A stretch of 64,000 nucleotides of DNA, taken from Trichosphaerium sp. ATCC 40318. Taxonomy: Eukaryota; Protista; Tubulinea. Position 1 is the stretch's first letter; the number at the start of each line of letters is the position of its first letter. The notes under the pieces are model-generated. The model saw only the letters and a list, made by a program, of their open reading frames with translations, searched no databases and had not been told where the DNA came from. The stretch is from NCBI GenBank assembly GCA_038496445.1, contig JALMLS010000173.1, positions 1-64,000 of the forward strand. Direction: 5' to 3'. Shown piece after piece: positions 54,996 to 64,000 of the stretch. The position numbers were made by a program, and so were the translations under genes.

Positions 54996-57363
54996 ATGGA
55001 AACAGTAGCACCATCAGATGATTCTCTCGCGGAAGTATATAACCTCAAGAAAAGACATCTAGTGGCTGAGTTTACAGTCCAAGAGGCGTTGAAGTTTGTC
55101 GACGAAAAATCAGCTCAGGCGACGAGTGCATTCTTTTTCTTGCCTCCAGACCCTTACAAAGTAAACTGGACTCGTTTTATATCTACGGTACGGGTTTTAG
55201 ATTTACATCGTCTGAGATCTTGATTGAAAACAGTTCGGTTTTCCATGAGTTCTACCTCAGTTCTAAGATGTGTTTAGAGCAGCGCTATAAAAGGCTTCTT
55301 GTCTACTTTCCGGCGTCATCAGACAAATAAAATACCTGGTTCAGCGCATTACGCTGCTATTATTGGTAGCACAGAGCTTCTTAAGGTTGCTCTGGAACAA
55401 GGTTTGTAAAGTTTAGTGGTTTTTTTTGTCTACTTCGTCATCACTTATTTTTTTTGACTTAGATGTGGGCAGTGTTCACGTTTTAGATGCTTTGGAACGT
55501 ACTCCACTACATTACGCAGTGTTTCGAAACAAAATAAAGTGCGTTGAATTGCTATGTGCTTCAGCTGTGGCTATAGACGCCAAAGATAAAAATGGCGAAA
55601 CTGCCTTGGACATTGCTACAAAACTGTGCTTTCATAAATGTGCTGATACTATTCGTCGCTCAGCCAGCATCAATGTACGTATCAATGCGGTTAAATAATC
55701 TAGTGCTCATACTACACTAGATTCGCAGTAGCGCCGAAATAGTATCAAGTTCCGAAGAAGTTGGTAAAAATGAAGTTGTTGACACTTCAGCCGTTCCGCC
55801 AACTGATGTGAAGTTCATGAGCGCTATTGATAATATACCAATAGTAAGAGATTACTTGGACAAGATACAAAAACATGATATCGCCTCTTGGTCCAGATTG
55901 GCAATCATCGACAACAGAAATATGCCGCTGCTGTTTCGTGCTACTGAATGCAAAGAAGACGTTTACTTAGAATGCCTTGACAAACACTATCTCGCTACTG
56001 GTGGGTTAATAAACGTATTCACAAAACGTGGTTGGTTTAGACAAAGTGATTATAAAACGCTAGAGGTACGCACGTGATTCGAAAAGCAAAAAACCTGTAC
56101 TAACAAAAAAAAAAAAGGCAAACGGAATGCATGTTTTCTTTGCTCCTGATGATAAAATCCCAATAGGAGCTCCTTCTATAGTATCAAGGGGTTCCTTCTT
56201 TCCCCAATTCTCTAAATTCAGCGGACATAACTGGCCTGGGTTTCGTACGTTGCTAGTGTGGATAAACTTAGTCTAACCAAGTCAAATAGAATGGAGTAAT
56301 GTTTGTGTTACTGGGCGAGCTATTACAGCGTCGCTTATTCCACAGTTAAGCGTATGTAATACTCTCCTAAAAGGCGATGATTTACAAAATCGATATGATG
56401 GAATATACGGAGAAAGCGGAATTGATTTATACGTTCACGGCTTAACCAACCGCGAATTCTGTGAAAAAGTAAGTCCAAACAGAAAAAAACTCTGCTCTTA
56501 TATCTTACTTAGGTCAAGTACATCTACGACTATTTCACTTACTACGATGCTGTAGTATCCAGATCTTCTACAGAGTTAACTTTCACGTTTGCTTATCCTC
56601 GAAGACCCATTCACCTTTCGTTAGCGTACGAGCAAAGCTAGCTATTCTTTTTTCTTACCCATACCTAGTGAACACCCAAACATGGAGTCTATAATGTTGA
56701 AAGGAGATATTGATATTGAGTGTCTGGGATTTGACGGGAGGACAGTGTGGGCATCTCCTAGGGCTATGCATGCTTTTAAGTACCGTCTTAATCTCATCTC
56801 ATCGAAACGTGCATCAGTGAAAGGTGCTGGTTCTTTTACCAAGCGTCTTATGAAGTACGAAAATATTGGCTTCGGAATCGGAGACTACGTCATCAATTTT
56901 GTTAATAGAAACGATAAACGTAAGTACTCCTATTTCTTATCACGTGACACATTCTTCTTTGAAAAAAACTAATCACGTGTTCATAGAACTTAAGTCTCTA
57001 AAAAAACTTGAACTATTGGCACAGTACACGAGTGTGAGGAGTACTGTAAAGGCAACACCTCTCCCCTTTGGCGCTGAGCTATTTCTTATGGTGAAGAGCA
57101 ACACAGATATCGGAAATGGTATGCTCGATAAGCTCAAGAAAAGCCGAATAGCGGGAGTTCAGTGCCACTTCAAACAGCATAGGTTAATGACTAAGCGCGT
57201 TGTACAGCTGATTAGCATGCAAATTATCAAGCGTGGACATGAGGTTGTTACGGATAGTAGTGTCTTAGATTATGATGAAAAAAGAAAGGCTGTGATCAAC
57301 ACTAAGTCGAAGAATGTTGATTGGTATAGTTGTATACCATCCTTGAAAGGAAAGGGTTATTAA
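54996..57363 (+). CDS. Ankyrin-repeat protein with nucleotidyltransferase-like C-terminal domain
   Basis: Ankyrin SAHYAAIIG, ERTPLHYAV and GETALDIA; then WSNVCVTGRAITASL..SGIDLYVHGL..YPRRPIHL..GDIDIECLGFDGRTVWASPRA..KRLMKYENIGF. Confidence 0.72.
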
Positions 57364-57894
57364 AGTAGAATGTTACTTTAATAAAAGAGTAGTTTTGTTC
57401 ATTACACATCTTTCTATAATCGTTCAAGAGTTTGCCATGGTTTTTGCTTACATTCTTTACCTGTGCTTTTGAGACAAATTCAAAAATTATTGTTCGATGA
57501 CTTCAAGAATCTTTGGCATGTTTTTTAGTCACCTAGAACTATTTTACATTTCAATGCATATGTAGATATGATATTTTTAGTAAAACCGTTTTTGACTAAG
57601 GAAATATAGCAGTCAAACTTTTTTTTTAAAGTAAGCTACAAAACTCAAACAGTAAACTCAAGAGGTTTGCATAAACGTTAGGTACATTTCTTGTAACTCA
57701 AGAATGTTATTGACAAGAACAATTGGACTGTTTCATCAAAATTTGTCGTACAACCATTCTAGAATAGTCATAGATAACGTAGTAAATCCACGTGATTTAA
57801 CACTAAAATTTACAAGAAAAGTAGTTAGCGAAATAGTTGTTTATTAATAACCGAAAGCTACGTAGTTGCAATACACTAAGCCTTATCTTGGCCA

Positions 57895-58902
57895 TCATAC
57901 CCAGGCTATTTTATAAAGGTCAATATGTAAAGGAAGTCCCTTTGTTTCAGTTCTTGCAATCATATAATTAACTTGTGCTGTTTCAGAACCATAGCTAGCT
58001 TCGTAAGCAGGAGTTGGTTCCAGAGCACCATCAAGGGTTTCAAAGTTCCCTATTAATTTCCATTTCAACCCAAACTCATCCAAATCAGCTATAAAATGAG
58101 GAAGACGTATTTTGGAATCACCATGTGAACTACAAACAACGTGAAGATTGTTTTCTGGTCCTTTCAAAAACTCACAATTTTCGTATCCAACTGGAAACTC
58201 TGAACCTTCAGGGAATATTGGGTTATTATCGTATTCCTTATAAGGAGGTAGTAAAGAGTCTGTGACGTTACTGTTCGGAAAATAAGCTCCTTCTTGAGCG
58301 TCTTTGAAACCTGAAACGCCTTTTGTAAAGTAAATTCTTTTTCCTTTAATTTTCATAATTCTACCACTATCAAGTCTTCTCGCATTCCAAGTCTGATTCC
58401 AAGACGGTGCTTTTCCTGTTGGATAAGCAACAAGACCATGACGAGTCCAAGGTCCGTGCATTGTTGGTGATGATGCTACAAGTTGTGCTGACTCTTCAGT
58501 TGATGAATAGTTCTTTCCAGTTCCCGTATAAAAAACCCAAAACTTTCCGTTATCGTAGATGAGAGATGACGAAAACGTTCCAGCATAGTCAAACGCGTTT
58601 TCGTCTGAAGTGCGGTTAAATAATAACCCATGATCAGTCCATTCTCCTGTAATGTTTTTTGCGGAGTAGTAATGTAAGAAAGCGTGCCAGCCAGCTTGTG
58701 TTCCTTGAGATAACGGGATATAGTCCGACACAAACCAATACGTTCCATCTACGAGAATAACGCTGCTTGGATCGCGTAGATGCCCTGTTTTGTCCGCAGC
58801 TATCGTTTTAACTCTTGTAAGTGATGGCGTAAGAAAGCATAGATAGCAAGGTATTAACACGAAGAGAAGAACACTTGTTATAGGTAAGAAATGGTGCATC
58901 AT
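57895..58902 (-). CDS. Secreted five-bladed beta-propeller glycoside hydrolase (GH117/GH32/GH43-like), intronless
   Basis: Single ORF with signal peptide; RDPSSVILVDGTY, WTDHG..AFD..GKFWVFYTG, ASSPTMHGPWTR, RLDSG and YENCE. Confidence 0.78.
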   Translation of the reverse strand: MMHHFLPITSVLLFVLIPCYLCFLTPSLTRVKTIAADKTGHLRDPSSVILVDGTYWFVSDYIPLSQGTQAGWHAFLHYYSAKNITGEWTDHGLLFNRTSDENAFDYAGTFSSSLIYDNGKFWVFYTGTGKNYSSTEESAQLVASSPTMHGPWTRHGLVAYPTGKAPSWNQTWNARRLDSGRIMKIKGKRIYFTKGVSGFKDAQEGAYFPNSNVTDSLLPPYKEYDNNPIFPEGSEFPVGYENCEFLKGPENNLHVVCSSHGDSKIRLPHFIADLDEFGLKWKLIGNFETLDGALEPTPAYEASYGSETAQVNYMIARTETKGLPLHIDLYKIAWV

Positions 58903-59346
58903 ACCGAACGTCGAAAAATACAATGACTATTCATTAAGGGCTATTGCCGTCCTTAAGTATGTCGCCATATATTGTGTATGTGTATGTGTTAAACATGATA
59001 GCCTTGTTATGTGAAATTTAGATACTGACGAAGGAAGGATAAAGTAAATGAAAGTTCATATGAAAAGTTAAAAAAAACCACAAGTACTGTCGCAATATCA
59101 CGTGATTTTCAAGGTTGAATCAAATCCAATTACTATTCAATTCTATTACCTTTATTTAACGTCGTGTCATATTCCGTAGCTAAGGTTATAAGACGAGTTG
59201 TTACAGGTACGAGGTAAGGAGAATTCTAGTTTTATTAAATTTATAACATTACAAGGAGTTATATTCACATAACAAATGAGGAACCGACAGTTGTATGTAC
59301 ATTGTAAAAAATGCTCTACCAACAATGTTCTTATAATATATCTCCA

Positions 59347-61014
59347 TTACTGCAGATAAGAAGCTTGTACAGGTACTACAATAGACTTTACAAATGTATA
59401 TGATACCTGTGAATCATATAGACTGTTGACATATAATTTATAAGGATATAAGTACATACAACACCAAGCAGCGCAAAATGCTTTTTTAGATAAACACTTT
59501 GGAGCGTATCCTTGTCTTTTTGCTGTAAGCTTGGTTATTCTCCCTGGGAAAACTGAAACCTCAGTGACTTTAAAAGAAGTAAGTAGAATATACGTATCAT
59601 TCAGTATAAAAGACATTGCAAAGTCACGTGAAAGAAAGCAAAGAAAAAGAAAAATCCAAAAAGAAAATCCAAGAAATAATTTTCGCTTTGTTAAAATGTC
59701 TTGTGTTGGATTCCAAAGCTGACGTGAAACGAAAAGCACAACGAAGTTGTGGTGATGTTGTATAGATAAAAAAACCGCATAGTGCGCTAATAGTAACTCC
59801 TTACCAGTGATATGTGTATCGCTTTTCCTAGCTGTGCGAACAAGCTCTCTAAAATTATCCAAATTTGTTCTACTCTCCTTTGACACATTCACTCGCTTGT
59901 ATGATCTTACTTTAACCATATTATAACTTGTTGAATTAAGATCTGGTGTAGGCAATTGCGATTCATCTTCCCATGATGAAATAACTACCGCATCAGACTA
60001 GCAAACAATGTAAGTATTGTACGGTGAAAGATCACAAACAAGTTGGGATTAATGTCCCACGATTGTCAAAACAAAGATCTCGAGTAGGACAAAGTTATGT
60101 TGTATTGTAGGGAGGCAAAAAAGGGTTATAAAAGCAAGAAGTATTGGTGGTTTTTTTTTATCCTTTTTCCAAATAATAAATATTGCTCGTACTCCTCTGC
60201 TTGTAGTCACTGTGACTGTATAGGATTCTGTTGTTGTTTTACCATTTCTTGTTACTGTTCTTGTACGTCTCTCTCTATGCCAGTTTGACCAGCTACATAG
60301 TAATAAGTCAAACAAGTTGCCAAACTACAAAAAAAGAAATAACTAATCGCAAGTACTTGAATTTCATGATTGGTTGTGAATCAATAACTCCTTGATAGTA
60401 CTGATCCATCTCATCAAACGTCTTATTACTTGATGAAGACATCTTTCTACAAAAATATAAACGTGAGGAACGGAGTGGTTTTTTTCAAAACTATCAGAAA
60501 CAAAACGGGAAAAACCCCGAAAGCAAATGACGTACGACGCGAAGTGACTGTTGGCGGTTAATCCGTAAATGCAATACAATACTAGGAAACCCCCACCTGT
60601 ACCACCAAAGCCAATAAGGACTTTGAACGGTGTACTACTTTTGTCATTCGAGACAACGTTCGCGCCAACCAGAATACCCATGGTAATCACTTTTAGATGA
60701 AGAATAAGATAAAACCAGCATAAACCTAAGCTTCGATGAACGTACAGCCCAAACAGCACAAAATTATAGCTACCCATAGTACAAGTAACAGAGGGTAGCA
60801 TTTAGTCCTATATATGATAGATTAGAGCGTTTTAAGGCGCTTTTGTAACAGTTTTGCTTAAATGCGTACGGATTGCTTTCATTAAGGTTTGGATCATCTG
60901 CATGTTCGCCTGAGAACGATTCCTTGTATGTATGAGCTAAAAAATAGCTACTTTAACTCTTACTTCATCATAAGGGCTTAAACCATCATCACCGTCAACT
61001 TGTTGCATCTCCAT
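59347..61014 (-). CDS. TMEM151-like membrane protein
   Basis: N-terminal TM helices, then WHRERRTRTVTRNGKTTTESYTVTVTT, SSWEDES, and a C-terminal hydrophobic segment ..YLYPYKLYV..YTFVKSI, matching TMEM151 organisation. Confidence 0.6.
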
Positions 61015-61501
61015 TTCGCTCAAACGTTGTTTAACCGAAAATAAAAGAAGTAGTAAGTAACAAATTGTTTTCGGGTCCGGCCCAAAAAAACAGAGCGCGG
61101 TCCTGATAAGAACGATGGTTTATTGTACGCTGTTTACCTATACCCGCTTTAAAATTTGATCAGGAAGAGTTCTTTGAAGTCACTTTTTCTCTGAAAACCA
61201 ATGTCACGTGTTTTCATTGGCTTGTTTTTAATATAGTCCTTCGAGTCCTTTGGCAAACTTGAGAAGCGTTCTAAATTATCCTGAAGGCCCACCAAACTAC
61301 TCTATCCTGGGAGAAGACTTAAATGTGGATGAATTGCTCAAGTTTCCTTGGCTCTTGTTGTGCTACCTGTCACAGAGCTCATGAGTGCTTATTAGTTTAA
61401 TCAAGAAGGGCATTTATTGCGATGAAAATTGTACTTTAATCAAGAGTTTGGTCTTTTTGTGTCAACACTGTACTCTTTTGTTTGTAAAAAGATCGAGACA
61501 G

Positions 61502-62364
61502 ATGCCTCCTAAACGGAAAAAGTCGTAATCTTTTTAGCTTATCTAACACTGTCACAGTCGCGTGAAACATTCTTTGACGCCATCAAAGCAAGTTTTAGGC
61601 CTCCCTGAGCTCCTTTCAAAAATATGGGAGTATTTGCCTTTATCTAGCCATAGTGCTATGTCCAGGGTTTCTAAATACCACGAAAAAATATCTAAGAGCG
61701 ATTTAATTTGGAGACATGAAACCAATGACATCATTCCAAAACCTCACAAAAATCAACTACAAATCTAAAGATGACACATTATTAGCTCAAGTATGGAAGT
61801 TCCAGACTTACCCTTATTTCCTACCAGACGACTATGAAGGCGAGTTGTTGTATGTATTATTTTTTTGTTTGAAGAAAAATTTCTTAAGGTTTCTTAAGTT
61901 GCGTTACTCATACTTGTTAGGGGCTATCCTATATTCACTACACCAATAACTGTATCGAATTGTAAGATTTATATACACAAAGCTGATGACGTACAGGACC
62001 TTGCAAAGCATTTCAAGACTCCTTTGGAAGCTTACAAAGCTCTGAGAGTAGTTAAAAAAGCATCTGATCTACTTCATAAACACCGTATTAGGGATCTATC
62101 TTCAGAGACTGATCATAGATTCTATCCTTTTATAACCAGTTGTAAACCTTCCGTAGACAATGATATATCAAGTTTTGTTGACGCTGTAGGTGTCATAGAT
62201 CAAATCAAAGATGTACGTAAACAAATCACAAAAAGAAATAAACCGATTATTAAATACTTTTTAGAAAGTCATAGAGTATACTATCCTCGACCCAGATCAG
62301 TCTTTTGAGGATGAGGAACAAGCAAAACACCCCGAGATTGTTGAGGAGGTTCATAAAATGTTAG
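61502..62364 (+). pseudogene. F-box protein with two apparent frameshifts; 3' end unresolved
   Basis: MPPKRKK|..VLGLPELLSKIWEYL..MSRVSK..SDLIWR (F-box). The frame breaks near 61750 (A-run) and near 62292. Confidence 0.55.
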
Positions 62365-63593
62365 GTGAGTTGTTTTTGCTTATCGAGTATTGCATCTGAA
62401 GTAGGAACTTTTTTTTCCATCATAAAACTTCACAAAATAGACAGTTCTTACTCTGGTTTTAGAAAGTGTTGCTAATAACCCTGTCGTTGGTGTAAGTATT
62501 GGAGGAGAAGCATGCAACCCATTTCCTGCGTTTGTTTGTTGTAAGCTTTCACCTACTATCATCGGTGGGCTTATTACTGGAATTTGCTGGACATAGATAA
62601 ACAATGATCAAATTACATAAACCATTACAACAATTACATAATATCGATTAGCCTCACAGAATTAGTAGTACTACTTGTCCACTTTATTTGTCAAATCCAT
62701 GCCCATTTACAGCCCTTTGTAATATTAAAGATAACTTAGCCACCTACGTTTTTCGGTGATTTGACGTAAACTAATGCTGACAATGGAGAAAACACGTGTA
62801 CAGCCATATTTGTGAAGTTCATCTTTTTTGTAATTCTTTCTACTTAATTCAAGTGCTTGTTTGGCGATTTACTTGTACGTGTACTTGTATGAGATAAGGC
62901 TTTCCGAAAAATGATTTTTCTTCTACATTACAGTGCTCAACAGTGAAGTTAGCTCAGGCACGTGTTAAGTCACGGACAATAAAAGTGCGTAATCAAACAT
63001 TGGCAACACATAACTCACTGAGGTACATTAACAACACAACACTAAAACAAAGCTAAACCGAAAACCAGGTTGTTTGTAGTTCTTTGTAAACTCACTTTTT
63101 TTGTTTTTAAATCGCCTAACATCAGCTTTGTAGTACTCTCGTTTAAACCAGTGGCAATAATATACAGGTCATTCACAGGAAAGCCTATCCACAAAGGTAA
63201 ATAGCTCGTCAAAAAAAACACATGATAATCTAGTGCCACGATTATTTTTTCGGTTTTAATGTCTTGTATTGAGTTTGGCACTTTTTTCCTTTTCGCATAA
63301 ATCTAAGTCTTTACCTCGCTCAATTTCGGTGTAATTTCCGTGTACTTTCCGTGTAATTTCGAAATATTTGGCGTGGCTTTCCTGTTGTATTTTGAAGAAA
63401 TCGTTAGTTTTGCTCTTAATCACATTTCATTTGACAAAGCTGTTTACAAATGGATTTAAAAATTCGACGTATTTCCTCGGCTTTAGTCGAATATTCTTTC
63501 AGGTTTTATGTTGAGACAGCCAACAACTATTACTTGTTCTGTGAACAATTGTATCGGAATTAACTCTTGTTCAAGGGACAGATCGAAAATTAG

Positions 63594-64000
63594 ATGTGCT
63601 CGTTATTGGATCTTCCATGTGAACTTCAAAAGTACATTTGTACTTTTAATCGTGAAGCATTCACAAAGTTTCATACACTATCAAAGACAGCTGCAATGAA
63701 TACACACTTTAATGAGGCACTGCAGCCAAAAGGAATATGGATAAGATGGTACAAAAGTGGAAAAGTATGTGGCCATGTACATGCAAAGAATGGGTTATGT
63801 ACAACGTGGTATGAGAATGGACAACTTTCAGCGCAATATAAGTTCGTTGATGGTAAAATCCATGGCAAAGTAGTAACGTGGTATAAAAATGGGGCCCTCT
63901 TGGAACAAAGCATATCTGTCAATGGTAAAAGGAATGGACAAGTGAAACAATGGTATGAGAATGGGACTCTTATGTTACAAAACTCATGGGTGGATGGTAA
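63594..64000 (+). CDS. F-box-like + MORN-variant (YwqK-type) repeat protein, runs off the window
   Basis: Uninterrupted frame missing from the ORF track: MCSLLDLPCELQKYICTF..GLCTTWYENGQLSAQYKFVDGKIHGKVVTWYKNG..NGKRNGQVKQWYENG. Confidence 0.8.
   Translation, partial: MCSLLDLPCELQKYICTFNREAFTKFHTLSKTAAMNTHFNEALQPKGIWIRWYKSGKVCGHVHAKNGLCTTWYENGQLSAQYKFVDGKIHGKVVTWYKNGALLEQSISVNGKRNGQVKQWYENGTLMLQNSWVDG

Overview
AT-rich, intron-dense eukaryotic DNA, probably from a free-living protist (taxon not determinable here). Introns are short (mostly about 40-100 nt) with GTAYGT/GTGCGT/GTAAGT donors and CTAA branch points, so the ORF track fragments almost every gene; gene models below were spliced by hand. 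Housekeeping-type flanks (mitochondrial PEPCK-like pseudoenzyme and BOP1 on the left; DHX35, a MORN-VPS9 alsin-like gene and others on the right) enclose an accessory region of about 13-41 kb. Its core is a ~15 kb imperfect palindrome (about 20.9-36.2 kb). Each arm carries a head-to-head pair, with ATGs ~240 bp apart: (i) a dynamin-like GTPase + transmembrane hairpin + RING + VPS9 (Rab5-GEF) fusion and (ii) an atypical Rab5-like GTPase (no catalytic Gln, no C-terminal prenylation Cys, N-terminal Cys-Cys). The two pairs differ most at the predicted VPS9-Rab interface, with reciprocal charge swaps, which suggests a lock-and-key module (guard/decoy immunity, allorecognition or toxin-antidote). 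A third Rab copy and two deleted Rab pseudogenes sit at or just beyond the outer ends of the arms. The window also holds an F-box-pseudo-Ras, F-box-LRR genes, a serpin-like-ZZ fusion, an ankyrin + nucleotidyltransferase-like gene, an intronless glycoside hydrolase and an F-box-MORN gene, and shows strong CACGTG enrichment.
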